The notes under the pieces were generated by a model. It had not been told where the DNA came from, ran no database searches, and saw nothing but the letters and a program-made list of their open reading frames with translations. Shown here piece by piece: positions 44,262 through 59,758 of a DNA stretch of 64,000 nucleotides. The DNA comes from Auanema rhodensis (Eukaryota; Animalia; Nematoda): NCBI GenBank assembly GCA_964057225.1, contig OZ059895.1, forward strand, positions 11,346,001-11,410,000, given 5' to 3'. The position numbers and the translations under genes are program-made. Positions within the stretch are counted from its first letter, which is position 1. The number at the start of each line of letters is the position of its first letter.

Positions 44262-47200
44262 ATGTTTTCAATTTTCAAGCAGTTTTACTTAGATAGCTCA
44301 ACCCAAGGCAGCAATTCATCTTCAATATTATTTCTATCTTACAGTTATAAACCAATAGTTAATGAACCATCATCTTACTCTTACCGTTTCTATCTATTTC
44401 ATATCGAAACCAACTTTGTTCAAAAACTATACAACTGTGAAACCTTTTTTAATTTCTTGTATTTGGAGCTCATAAGATTTGATATCATTGAGGGATCCAG
44501 ATAGAACGTGGAAAATTACGTAACTAACATGAAATTGGAAAAAACTATAACGAGGATAAGTATGTAAATCATTGAATATCAGATATTTTCGCTTACGACC
44601 ATACCACGTTTAAAGTACGCCATGCCGCTGATTTTCAATTTTAACTCGTTTGTAACAAATGTTTTCAATTTTCAAGCAGTTTTACTCAGATAGCTTAACC
44701 CAAGGCAGCAAATTATCTTCAATTTTATTTCTATCTTACAGTTATAAACCATTAGTTAATGAACCATCATCTTACCTTTACTATTTCTATCTGTTTCCTA
44801 TCAAAACCAACTTTGTTCAAACACTATACAACTGAAAAGCCTTTTTTAATTTCTTGTATTTGGAGCTCATAAGATTTGATATCATCGAGGGATCCAGATA
44901 GAACGTGGAAAATTACGTAACTAACATGAAATTGGAAAAAACTATAACGAGGATAAGTATGTAAATCATTGAATATCAGATATTTTCGCTTACGACCATA
45001 CCACGTTGAAAGTACGGCATGCGGCTGATTTTCAATTTTAACTTTTCTGTAACAAATGTTTTCAATTTTCAAGCAGTTTTACTTAGATAGCTCAACCCAA
45101 GGCAGCAAATTATCTTTAATCTTATTTCTATCTTACAGTTATAAACCAGTAGTGAATGAACCATCATCTTACCTTCACTGTTTCTATCTATTTTCTATCA
45201 AAAGAAACATTGTTTAAACACTATACAACTGTGAAACCTTTTTTAATTTCTTGTTTTTGGAGCTCATAAGATTTGATATCATTAAGGGATCCAGATAGAA
45301 CGTGGAAAATTACATAACTAACATGAAATTGGGAAAAAATTATAACGAGGATAAGTATGTAAATCATTGAATATCAGATATTTTTGCTTACAACAATACC
45401 ACGTTGTAAGTACGCCATGCCGCTGATTTTCAATTTTAACTCTTTTGTAACAAATGTTTTCAATTTTCAAGCAGTTTTACTTAGATAGCTCAACCCAAGG
45501 CAGCAATTCATCTTCAATATTATTTCTATCTTACAGTTATAAACCAATAGTTAATGAACCATCATCTTACTCTTACCGTTTCTATCTATTTCATATCGAA
45601 ACCAACTTTGTTCAAAAACTATACAACTGTGAAACCTTTTTTAATTTCTTGTATTTGGAGCTCATAAGATTTGATATCATTGAGGGATCCAGATAGAACG
45701 TGGAAAATTACGTAACTAACATGAAATTGGAAAAACCTATAACGAGGATAAGTATGTTAATCATTGAATATCAGATATTTTCGCTTACGACCATACGACG
45801 TTGAAAGTACGCCATGCCGCTGATTTTCAATTTTAACTCGTTTGTAACAAATGTTTTCAATTTTCAAGCAGTTTTACTCAGATAGCTTAACCCAAGGCAG
45901 CAAATTATCTTCAATATTATTTCTATCTTACAGTTATAAACCATTAGTTAATGAACCATCATCTTACCTTTACTATTTCTATCTGTTTCCTATCAAAACC
46001 AACTTTGTTCAAACACTATACAACTGAAAAGCCTTTTTTAATTTCTTGTATTTGGAGCTCATAAGATTTGATATCATCGAGGGATCCAGATAGAACGTGG
46101 AAAATTACGTAACTAACATGAAATTGGAAAAAACTATAACGAGGATAAGTATGTAAATCATTGAATATCAGATATTTTCGCTTACGACCATACCACGTTT
46201 AAAGTACGCCATGCCGCTGATTTTCAATTTTAACTCTTCTGTAACAAATGTTTTCAATTTTCAAGCAGTTTTACTTAGATAGCTCAACCCAAGGGAGCAA
46301 TTCATCTTCAATATTATTTCTATCTTACAGTTATAAACCAATAGTTAATGAACCATCATCTTACCCTTACCGTTTCTATCTATTTCATATCAAAACCAAC
46401 TTTGTTCAAACACTATACAACTGAGAAGCCTTTTTTAATTTCTTGTATTTGTAGCTCATAAGATTTGATATCATTGAGGGATCCAGATAGAACGTAGAAA
46501 ATCACATAACTAACATGAAATTGGGAAAAAATTATAACGAGGATAAGTATGTGAAACATTGAATATCAGATATTTTCGCTTAGGACCATACCACGTTGAA
46601 AGTACGGCATGCGGCTGATTTTCAATTTTAACTTTTCTGTAACAAATGTTTTCAATTTTCAAGCAGTTTTACTTAGATAGCTCAACCCAAGGCAGCAAAT
46701 TATCTTTAATCTTATTTCTATCTTACAGTTATAAACCAGTAGTGAATGAACCATCATCTTACCTTCACTGTTTCTATCTATTTTCTATCAAAAGAAACAT
46801 TGTTTAAACACTATACAACTGTGAAACCTTTTTAATTTCTTGTATTTGGAGCTCATAAGATTTGATATCATCGAGGGATCCAGATAGAACGTGGAAAATT
46901 ACGTAACTAACATGAAATTGGAAAAAACTATAACGAGGATAAGTATGTGAATCATTGAATATCAGATATTTTCGCTTAGGACCATACCACGTTGAAAGTA
47001 CGCCATGCCGCTGATTTTCAATTTTAACTCTTTTGTAACAAATGTTTTCAATTTTCAAGCAGTTTCACTCAGATAGCTTAACCCAAGGCAGCAAATTATC
47101 TTCAATATTATTTCTATCTTACAGTTATAAACCAATAGTTAATGAACCATTATCTTACCTTTACTGTTTCTATCTATTTCCTATCGAAAGCAACTTTGTT

Positions 47201-50200
47201 CAAACACTATACAACTGTGAAACCTTTTTTAATTTCTTGTATTTGGAGCTCATAAGATTTGATATCATCGAGGGATCCAGATAGAACGTGGAAAATTACA
47301 TAACTAACATGAAATTGGGAAAAACTTATAACGAGGATAAGTATGTGAAACATTGAATATCAGATATTTTCGCTTAGGACCATACCACGTTGAAAGTACG
47401 CCATGCCGCTGATTTTCAATTTTAACTCTTTTGTAACAAATGTTTTCAATTTTTAAGCAGTTTTACTTAGATAGCTCAACCCAAGGCAGCAAATTATCTT
47501 CAATCTTATTTCTATCTTACAGTTATAAACCAGTAGTGAATGAACCATCATCTTACCCTTACCGTTTCTATCTATTTCCTATCAAAACCAACTTTGTTCA
47601 AAAACTATACAACTGTGAAACCTTTTTTAATTTCTTGTATTTGGAGCTCATAAGATTTGATATCATTGAGGGATCCAGATAGAACGTGGAAAATTACGTA
47701 ACTAACATGAAATTGGAAAAAACTATAGAGAGGATAAGTATGTAAATCATTGAATATCAGATATTTTTGCTTACAACTATACTACGTTGTAAGTACGCCA
47801 TGCCGCTGATTTTCAATTTTAACTCTTTTGTAACAAATGTTTTCAATTTTCAAGCAGTTTTACTTAGATAGCTCAACCCAAGGCAGCAATTCATCTTCAA
47901 TATTATTTCTATCTTACAGTTATAAACCAATAGTTAATGAACCATCATCTTACCCTTACCGTTTCTATCTATTTCATATCGAAACCAACTTTGTTCAAAA
48001 ACTATACAACTGTGAAACCTTTTTTAATTTCTTGTATTTGGAGCTCATAAGATTTGATATCATTAAGGGATCCAGATAGAACGTGGAAAATTACATAACT
48101 AACATGAAATTGGGAAAAAATTATAACGAGGATAAGTATGTGAAACATTGAATATCAGATATTTTCGCTTAGGACCATACCACGTTGAAAGTACGGCATG
48201 CGGCTGATTTTCAATTTTAACTCTTCTGTAACAAATGTTTTCAATTTTCAAGCAGTTTTACTTAGATAGCTCAACCCAAGGCAGCAATTCATCTTCAATA
48301 TTATTTCTATCTTACAGTTATAAACCATTAGTTAATGAACCATCATCTTACCTTTACTATTTCTATCTATTTCCTATCAAAACCAACTTTGTTCAAACAC
48401 TATACAACTGAGAAGCCTTTTTTATTTTCTTGTATTTGGAGCTCATAAGATTTGATATCATTGAGGGATCCAGATAGAACGTGGAAAATTACGTAACTAA
48501 CATGAAATTGGAAAAAAACTATAACGAGGATAAGTATGTGAATCATTGAATATCAGATATTTTCGCTTAGGACCATACCACGTTGAAAGTACGCCATGCC
48601 GCTGATTTTCAATTTTAACTCTTCTGTATTAAATGTTTTCAATTTTCAAGCAGTTTTACTCAGATAGCTTAACCCTAGGCAGCAAATTATCTTCAATATT
48701 ATTTCTATCTTACAGTTATAAACCAATAGTTAATGAACCATCATCTTACCTTTACTGTTTCTATCTATTTCCTATCGAAACCAACTTTGTTCAAAAACTA
48801 TACAACTGTGAAACCTTTTTTAATTTCTTGTATTTGAAGCTCATAAGATTTGATATCATTAAGGGATCCAGATAGAACGTGGAAAATTACGTAACTAACA
48901 TGAAATTGGAAACAACTATAACGAGGATAAGTATGTGAATCATTGAATATCAGATATTTTCGCTTAGGACCATACCACGTTGAAAGTACGCCATGCCGCT
49001 GATTTTCAAATTTAACTCTTTTGTAACAAATGTTTTCAATTTTCAAGCAGTTTTACTCAGATAGCTTAACCCAAGGCAGCAAATTATCTTCAATATTATT
49101 TCTATCTTACAGTTATAAACCAATAGTTAATGAACCATCATCTTACCTTTACTGTTTCTATCTATTTCCTATCGAAACCAACTTTGTTCAAGAACTATAC
49201 AACTGTGAAACCTTTTTTAATTTCTTGTATTTGAAGCTCATAAGATTTGATATCATTGAGGGATCCAGATAGAACGTGGAAAATTACGTAACTAACATGA
49301 AATTGGAAAAAACTATAACGAGGATAAGTATGTGAAGCATTGAATATCAGATATTTTCGCTTAGGACCATACCACGTTGAAAGTACGCCATGCCGCTGAT
49401 TTTCGATTTTAACTCTTTTGTAACAAATGTTTTCAATTTTCAAGCAGTTTTACTTAGATAGCTCAACCCAAGGCAGCAATTTATCTTCAATATTATTTCT
49501 ATCTTACAGTTATAAACCAATAGTTAATGAACCATCATCTTACCCTTACCGTTTCTATCTATTTCCTATCGAAACCAACTTTGTTCAAAAACTATACAAC
49601 TGTGAAACCTTTTTTAATTTCTTGTATTTGAAGCTCATAAGATTTGATATCATTAAGGGATCCAGATAGAACGTGGAAAATTACATAACTAACATGAAAT
49701 TGGGAAAAAATTATAACGAGGATAAGTATGTAAATCATTGAATATCAGATATTTTTGCTTACAACTATACCACGTTGTAAGTACGCCATGCCGCTGATTT
49801 TCAATTTTAACTCTTTTGTAACAAATGTTTTCAATTTTCAAGCAGTTTTACTTAGATAGCTCAACCCAAGGCAGCAATTCATCTTCAATATTATTTCTAT
49901 CTTACAGTTATAAACCAATAGTTAATGAACCATCATCTTACCCTCACCGTTTCTATCTATTTCATATCAAAACCAACTTTGTTCAAAAACTATACAACTG
50001 TGAAACCTTTTTTAATTTCTTGTATTTGGAGCTCATAAGATTTGATATCATTAAGGGATCCAGATAGAACGTGGAAAATTACATAACTAACATGAAATTG
50101 GGAAAAAATTATAACGAGGATAAGTATGTGAAACATTGAATATCAGATATTTTCGCTTAGGACCATACCACGTTGAAAGTACGGCATGCGGCTGATTTTC

Positions 50201-50618
50201 AATTTTAACTCTTCTGTAACAAATGTTTGAATTTTCAAGCAGTTTTACTTAGATAGCTCAACCCAAGGCAGCAAATTATCTTCAATCTTATTTCTATCTT
50301 ACAGTTATAAACCATTAGTTAATGAACCATCATCTTACCTTCACTGTTTCTATCTATTTTCTATCAAAAGAAACATTGTTTAAACACTATACAACTGTGA
50401 AACCTTTTTTAATTTTTTGTATTTGGAACTCATAAGATTTGATATCATCGAGGGATCCAGATAGAACGTGGAAAATTACGTAACTAACATGAAATTGGAA
50501 AAAACTATAACGAGGATAAGTATGTGAATCATTGAATATCAGATATTTTCGCTTAGGACCATACCACGTTGAAAGTACGCCATGCCGCTGATTTTCAATT
50601 TTAACTCTTTTGTAACAA

Positions 50619-53600
50619 ATGTTTTCAATTTTCAAGCAGTTTTACTCAGATAGCTTAACCCAAGGCAGCAAATTATCTTCAATATTATTTCTATCTTACA
50701 GTTATAAACCAATAGTTAATGAACCATCATCTTACCTTTACTGTTTCTATCTATTTCCTATCGAAACCAACTTTGTTCAAGAACTATACAACTGTGAAAC
50801 CTTTTTTAATTTCTTGTATTTGAAGCTCATAAGATTTGATATCATTAAGGGATCCAGATAGAACGTGGAAATTTACATAACTAACATGAAATTGGGAAAA
50901 AATTATAACGAGGATAAGTATGTAAATCATTGAATATCAGATATTTTTGCTTACAACTATACCACGTTGTAAGTACGCCATGCCGCTGATTTTCAATTTT
51001 AACTCTTTTGTAACAAATGTTTTCAATTTTCAAGCAGTTTTACTTAGATAGCTCAACCCAAGGCAGCAATTCATCTTCAATATTATTTCTATCTTACAGT
51101 TATAAACCAATAGTTAATGAACCATCATCTTACCCTTACCGTTTCTATCTATTTCATATCAAAACCAACTTTGTTCAAAAACTATACAACTGTGAAACCT
51201 TTTTTAATTTCTTGTATTTGGAGCTCATAAGATTTGATATCATTAAGGGATCCAGATAGAACGTGGAAAATTACATAACTAACATGAAATTGGGAAAAAA
51301 TTATAACGAGGATAAGTATGTGAAACATTGAATATCAGATATTTTCGCTTAGGACCATACCACGTTGAAAGTACGGCATGCGGCTGATTTTCAATTTTAA
51401 CTCTTCTGTAACAAATGTTTGAATTTTCAAGCAGTTTTACTTAGATAGCTCAACCCAAGGCAGCAAATTATCTTCAATCTTATTTCTATCTTACAGTTAT
51501 AAACCATTAGTTAATGAACCATCATCTTACCTTCACTGTTTCTATCTATTTTCTATCAAAAGAAACATTGTTTAAACACTATACAACTGTGAAACCTTTT
51601 TTAATTTTTTGTATTTGGAACTCATAAGATTTGATATCATCGAGGGATCCAGATAGAACGTGGAAAATTACATAACTAACATGAAATTGGGAAAAAATTA
51701 TAACGAGGATAAGTATGTGAAACATTGAATATCAGATATTTTCGCTTAGGACCATACCACGTTGAAAGTACGGCATGCGGCTGATTTTCAATTTTAACTC
51801 TTCTGTAACAAATGTTTTCAATTTTTAAGCAGTTTTACTTAGATAGCTTAACCCAAGGCAGCAATTTATCTTCAATATTATTTCTATCTTACAGTTATAA
51901 ACCATTAGTTAATGAATCATCATCTTACCTTCACTGTTTCTATCTATTTTCTATCAAAAGAAACATTGTTTAAACACTATACAACTGTGAAACCTTTTTT
52001 AATTTTTTGTATTTGGAACTCATAAGATTTGATATCATCGAGGGATCCAGATAGAACGTGGAAAATTACGTAACTAACATGAAATTGGAAAAAACTATAA
52101 GGAGGATAAGTATGTGAATCATTGAATATCAGATATTTTCGCTTAGGACCATACCACGTTGAAAGTACGCCATGCCGCTGATTTTCAATTTTAACTCTTT
52201 TGTAACAAATGTTTTCAATTTTCAAGCAGTTTTACTCAGATAGCTTAACCCAAGGCAGCAAATTATCTTCAATATTATTTCTATCTTACAGTTATAAACC
52301 AATAGTTAATGAACCATCATCTTACCTTTACTGTTTCTATCTATTTCCTATCGAAACCAACTTTGTTCAAGAACTATACAACTGTGAAACCTTTTTTAAT
52401 TTCTTGTATTTGAAGCTCATAAGATTTGATATCATTAAGGGATCCAGATAGAACGTGGAAAATTACGTAACTAACATGAAATTGGAAAAAACTATAACGA
52501 GGATAAGTATGTAAATCATTGAATATCAGATATTTTTGCTTACAACTATACCACGTTGTAAGTACGCCATGCCGCTGATTTTCAATTTTAACTCTTTTGT
52601 AACAAATGTTTTCAATTTTCAAGCAGTTTTACTTAGATAGCTCAACCCAAGGCAGCAATTCATCTTCAATATTATTTCTATCTTACAGTTATAAACCAAT
52701 AGTTAATGAACCATCATCTTACCCTTACCGTTTCTATCTATTTCATATCAAAACCAACTTTGTTCAAAAACTATACAACTGTGAAACCTTTTTTAATTTC
52801 TTGTATTTGGAGCTCATAAGATTTGATATCATTAAGGGATCCAGATAGAACGTGGAAAATTACATAACTAACATGAAATTGGGAAAAAATTATAACGAGG
52901 ATAAGTATGTGAAACATTGAATATCAGATATTTTCGCTTAGGACCATACCACGTTGAAAGTACGGCATGCGGCTGATTTTCAATTTTAACTCTTCTGTAA
53001 CAAATGTTTGAATTTTCAAGCAGTTTTACTTAGATAGCTCAACCCAAGGCAGCAAATTATCTTCAATCTTATTTCTATCTTACAGTTATAAACCATTAGT
53101 TAATGAACCATCATCTTACCTTCACTGTTTCTATCTATTTTCTATCAAAAGAAACATTGTTTAAACACTATACAACTGTGAAACCTTTTTTAATTTTTTG
53201 TATTTGGAACTCATAAGATTTGATATCATCGAGGGATCCAGATAGAACGTGGAAAATTACATAACTAACATGAAATTGGGAAAAAATTATAACGAGGATA
53301 AGTATGTGAAACATTGAATATCAGATATTTTCGCTTAGGACCATACCACGTTGAAAGTACGGCATGCGGCTGATTTTCAATTTTAACTCTTCTGTAACAA
53401 ATGTTTTCAATTTTTAAGCAGTTTTACTTAGATAGCTTAACCCAAGGCAGCAATTTATCTTCAATATTATTTCTATCTTACAGTTATAAACCATTAGTTA
53501 ATGAACCATCATCTTACCTTCACTGTTTCTATCTATTTTCTATCAAAAGAAACATTGTTTAAACACTATACAACTGTGAAACCTTTTTTAATTTTTTGTA

Positions 53601-53797
53601 TTTGGAACTCATAAGATTTGATATTATCGAGGGATCCAGATAGAACGTGGAAAATTACGTAACTAACATGAAATTGGAAAAAACTATAACGAGGATAAGT
53701 ATGTGAATCATTGTATATCAGATATTTTCGCTTAGGACCATACCACGTTGAAAGTACGCCATGCCGCTGATTTTCAATTTTAACTCTTTTGTAACAA
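50619..53797 (+). repeat. Tandem 4-monomer duplication (1589-1590-bp period)
   Basis: Pairs 50619/52209, 51017/52606 and 51977/53566. Both blocks share the ATTTTTAAGC and AATTTTTTGT alleles. Confidence 0.8.
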
Positions 53798-54195
53798 ATG
53801 TTTTCAATTTTCAAGCAGTTTTACTCAGATAGCTTAACCCAAGGCAGCAATTTATCTTCAATATTATTTCTATCTTACAGTTATAAACCAATAGTTAATG
53901 AACCATCATCTTACCCTTACCGTTTCTATCTATTTCCTATCGAAACCAACTTTGTTCAAAAACTATACAACTGTGAAACCTTTTTTAATTTCTTGTATTT
54001 GAAGCTCATAAGATTTGATATCATTAAGGGATCCAGATAGAACGTGGAAAATTACATAACTAACATGAAATTGGGAAAAAATTATAACGAGGATAAGTAT
54101 GTAAATCATTGAATATCAGATATTTTTGCTTACAACTATACCACGTTGTAAGTACGCCATGCCGCTGATTTTCAATTTTAACTCTTTTGTAACAA

Positions 54196-57100
54196 ATGTT
54201 TTCAATTTTCAAGCAGTTTTACTTAGATAGCTCAACCCAAGGCAGCAATTCATCTTCAATATTATTTCTATCTTACAGTTATAAACCAATAGTTAATGAA
54301 CCATCATCTTACCCTTACGGTTTCTATCTATTTCATATCAAAACCAACTTTGTTCAAAAACTATACAACTGTGAAACCTTTTTTAATTTCTTGTATTTGG
54401 AGCTCATAAGATTTGATATCATTAAGGGATCCAGATAGAACGTGGAAAATTACATAACTAACATGAAATTGGGAAAAAATTATAACGAGGATAAGTATGT
54501 GAAACATTGAATATCAGATATTTTCGCTTAGGACCATACCACGTTGAAAGTACGGCATGCGGCTGATTTTCAATTTTAACTCTTCTGTAACAAATGTTTG
54601 AATTTTCAAGCAGTTTTACTTAGATAGCTCAACCCAAGGCAGCAAATTATCTTCAATCTTATTTCTATCTTACAGTTATAAACCATTAGTTAATGAATCA
54701 TCATCTTACCTTCACTGTTTCTATCTATTTTCTATCAAAAGAAACATTGTTTAAACACTATACAACTGTGAAACCTTTTTTAATTTCTTGTATTTGGAAC
54801 TCATAAGATTTGATATCATCGAGGGATCCAGATAGAACGTGGAAAATTACATAACTAACATGAAATGGGGAAAAAATTATAACGAGGATAAGTATGTAAA
54901 TCATTGAATATCAGATATTTTCGCTTAGGACCATACCACGTTGAAAGTACGCCATGCCGCTGATTTTCAATTTTAACTCTTTTGTAACAAATGTTTTCAA
55001 TTTTCAAGCAGTTTTACTTAGATAGCTCAACCCAAGGCAGCAAATTATCTTCAATCTTATTTCTATCTTACAGTTATAAACCATTAGTTAATGAACCATC
55101 ATCTTACCTTTACTATTTCTATCTATTTCCTATCAAAACCAACTTTGTTCAAACACTATACAACTGAGAAGCCTTTTTTATTTTCTTGTATTTGGAGCTC
55201 ATAAGATTTGATATCATTGAGGGATCCAGATAGAACGTGGAAAATTACGTAACTAACATGAAATTGGAAAAAACTATAACGAGGATAAGTATGTGAATCA
55301 TTGAATATCAGATATTTTCGCTTAGGACCATACCACGTTGAAAGTACGCCATGCCGCTGATTTTCAATTTTAACTCTTCTGTATTAAATGTTTTCAATTT
55401 TCAAGCAGTTTTACTCAGATAGCTTAACCCTAGGCAGCAAATTATCTTCAATATTATTTCTATCTTACAGTTATAAACCAATAGTTAATGAACCATCATC
55501 TTACCTTTACTGTTTCTATCTATTTCCTATCGAAACCAACTTTGTTCAAAAACTATACAACTGTGAAACCTTTTTTAATTTCTTGTATTTGAAGCTCATA
55601 AGATTTGATATCATTGAGGGATCCAGATAGAACGTGGAAAATTACGTAACTAACATGAAATTGGAAAAAACTATAACGAGGATAAGTATGTGAATCATTG
55701 AATATCAGATATTTTCGCTTAGGACCATACCACGTTGAAAGTACGCCATGCCGCTGATTTTCAATTTTAACTCTTTTGTAACAAATGTTTTCAATTTTCA
55801 AGCAGTTTTACTTAGATAGCTCAACCCAAGGCAGCAAATTATCTTCAATCTTATTTCTATCTTACAGTTATAAACCATTAGTTAATGAACCATCATCTTA
55901 CCTTTACTATTTCTATCTATTTCCTATCAAAACCAACTTTGTTCAAACACTATACAACTGAGAAGCCTTTTTTATTTTCTTGTATTTGGAGCTCATAAGA
56001 TTTGATATCATTAAGGGATCCAGATAGAACGTGGAAAATTACATAACTAACATGAAATTGGGAAAAAATTATAACGAGGATAAGTATGTAAATCATTGAA
56101 TATCAGATATTTTTGCTTACAACTATACCACGTTGTAAGTACGCCATGCCGCTGATTTTCAATTTTAACTCTTTTGTAACAAATGTTTTCAATTTTCAAG
56201 CAGTTTTACTTAGATAGCTCAACCCAAGGCAGCAATTCATCTTCAATATTATTTCTATCTTACAGTTATAAACCAATAGTTAATGAACCATCATCTTACC
56301 CTTACGGTTTCTATCTATTTCATATGAAAACCAACTTTGTTCAAAAACTATACAACTGTGAAACCTTTTTTAATTTCTTGTATTTGGAGCTCATAAGATT
56401 TGATATCATTAAGGGATCCAGATAGAACGTGGAAAATTACATAACTAACATGAAATTGGGAAAAAATTATAACGAGGATAAGTATGTGAAACATTGAATA
56501 TCAGATATTTTCGCTTAGGACCATACCACGTTGAAAGTACGGCATGCGGCTGATTTTCAATTTTAACTCTTCTGTAACAAATGTTTGAATTTTCAAGCAG
56601 TTTTACTTAGATAGCTCAACCCAAGGCAGCAAATTATCTTCAATCTTATTTCTATCTTACAGTTATAAACCATTAGTTAATGAATCATCATCTTACCTTC
56701 ACTGTTTCTATCTATTTTCTATCAAAAGAAACATTGTTTAAACACTATACAACTGTGAAACCTTTTTTAATTTCTTGTATTTGGAACTCATAAGATTTGA
56801 TATCATCGAGGGATCCAGATAGAACGTGGAAAATTACATAACTAACATGAAATTGGGAAAAAATTATAACGAGGATAAGTATGTAAATCATTGAATATCA
56901 GATATTTTCGCTTAGGACCATACCACGTTGAAAGTACGCCATGCCGCTGATTTTCAATTTTAACTCTTTTGTAACAAATGTTTTCAATTTTCAAGCAGTT
57001 TTACTTAGATAGCTCAACCCAAGGCAGCAAATTATCTTCAATCTTATTTCTATCTTACAGTTATAAACCATTAGTTAATGAACCATCATCTTACCTTTAC

Positions 57101-59758
57101 TATTTCTATCTATTTCCTATCAAAACCAACTTTGTTCAAACACTATACAACTGAGAAGCCTTTTTTATTTTCTTGTATTTGGAGCTCATAAGATTTGATA
57201 TCATTGAGGGATCCAGATAGAACGTGGAAAATTACGTAACTAACATGAAAATGGAAAAAACTATAACGAGGATAAGTATGTGAATCATTGAATATCAGAT
57301 ATTTTCGCTTAGGACCATACCACGTTGAAAGTACGCCATGCCGCTGATTTTCAATTTTAACTCTTCTGTATTAAATGTTTTCAATTTTCAAGCAGTTTTA
57401 CTCAGATAGCTTAACCCTAGGCAGCAAATTATCTTCAATATTATTTCTATCTTACAGTTATAAACCAATAGTTAATGAACCATCATCTTACCTTTACTGT
57501 TTCTATCTATTTCCTATCGAAACCAACTTTGTTCAAAAACTATACAACTGTGAAACCTTTTTTAATTTCTTGTATTTGAAGCTCATAAGATTTGATATCA
57601 TTAAGGGATCCAGATAGAACGTGGAAAATTACGTAACTAACATGAAATTGGAAACAACTATAACGAGGATAAGTATGTGAATCATTGAATATCAGATATT
57701 TTCGCTTAGGACCATACCACGTTGAAAGTACGCCATGCCGCTGATTTTCAAATTTAACTCTTTTGTAACAAATGTTTTCAATTTTCAAGCAGTTTTACTC
57801 AGATAGCTTAACCCAAGGCAGCAAATTATCTTCAATATTATTTCTATCTTACAGTTATAAACCAATAGTTAATGAACCATCATCTTACCCTTACCGTTTC
57901 TATCTATTTCCTATCGAAACCAACTTTGTTCAAAAACTATACAACTGTGAAACCTTTTTTAATTTCTTGTATTTGAAGCTCATAAGATTTGATATCATTA
58001 AGGGATCCAGATAGAACGTGGAAAATTACATAACTAACATGAAATTGGGAAAAAATTATAACGAGGATAAGTATGTAAATCATTGAATATCAGATATTTT
58101 TGCTTACAACTATACCACGTTGTAAGTACGCCATGCCGCTGATTTTCAATTTTAACTCTTTTGTAACAAATGTTTTCAATTTTCAAGCAGTTTTACTTAG
58201 ATAGCTCAACCCAAGGCAGCAATTCATCTTCAATATTATTTCTATCTTACAGTTATAAACCAATAGTTAATGAACCATCATCTTACCCTCACCGTTTCTA
58301 TCTATTTCATATCAAAACCAACTTTGTTCAAAAACTATACAACTGTGAAACCTTTTTTAATTTCTTGTATTTGGAGCTCATAAGATTTGATATCATTAAG
58401 GGATCCAGATAGAACGTGGAAAATTACATAACTAACATGAAATTGGGAAAAAATTATAACGAGGATAAGTATGTGAAACATTGAATATCAGATATTTTCG
58501 CTTAGGACCATACCACGTTGAAAGTACGGCATGCGGCTGATTTTCAATTTTAACTCTTCTGTAACAAATGTTTGAATTTTCAAGCAGTTTTACTTAGATA
58601 GCTCAACCCAAGGCAGCAAATTATCTTCAATCTTATTTCTATCTTACAGTTATAAACCATTAGTTAATGAACCATCATCTTACCTTCACTGTTTCTATCT
58701 ATTTTCTATCAAAAGAAACATTGTTTAAACACTATACAACTGTGAAACCTTTTTTAATTTCTTGTATTTGGAACTCATAAGATTTGATATCATCGAGGGA
58801 TCCAGATAGAACGTGGAAAATTACATAACTAACATGAAATTGGGAAAAAATTATAACGAGGATAAGTATGTAAATCATTGAATATCAGATATTTTCGCTT
58901 AGGACCATACCACGTTGAAAGTACGCCATGCCGCTGATTTTCAATTTTAACTCTTTCGTAACAAATGTTTTCAATTTTCAAGCAGTTTTACTTAGATAGC
59001 TCAACCCAAGGCAGCAAATTATCTTCAATCTTATTTCTATCTTACAGTTATAAACCATTAGTTAATGAACCATCATCTTACCTTTACTATTTCTATCTAT
59101 TTCCTATCAAAACCAACTTTGTTCAAACACTATACAACTGAGAAGCCTTTTTTATTTTCTTGTATTTGGAGCTCATAAGATTTGATATCATTGAGGGATC
59201 CAGATAGAACGTGGAAAATTACGTAACTAACATGAAATTGGAAAAAAATATAACGAGGATAAGTATGTGAATCATTGAATATCAGATATTTTCGCTTAGG
59301 ACCATACCACGTTGAAAGTACGCCATGCCGCTGATTTTCAATTTTAACTCTTCTGTATTAAATGTTTTCAATTTTCAAGCAGTTTTACTCAGATAGCTTA
59401 ACCCTAGGCAGCAAATTATCTTCAATATTATTTCTATCTTACAGTTATAAACCAATAGTTAATGAACCATCATCTTACCTTTACTGTTTCTATCTATTTC
59501 CTATCGAAACCAACTTTGTTCAAAAACTATACAACTGTGAAACCTTTTTTGATTTCTTGTATTTGAAGCTCATAAGATTTGATATCATTAAGGGATCCAG
59601 ATAGAACGTGGAAAATTACGTAACTAACATGAAATTGGAAACAACTATAACGAGGATAAGTATGTGAATCATTGAATATCAGATATTTTCGCTTAGGACC
59701 ATACCACGTTGAAAGTACGCCATGCCGCTGATTTTCAAATTTAACTCTTTTGTAACAA
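54196..59758 (+). repeat. About three copies of a 5-monomer higher-order unit (1987-bp period)
   Basis: Landmarks 54196/56183/58170 and 55388/57375/59362. The CCCTAGGC and CTGTATTAAATG alleles recur every 1987 bp. Confidence 0.85.
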
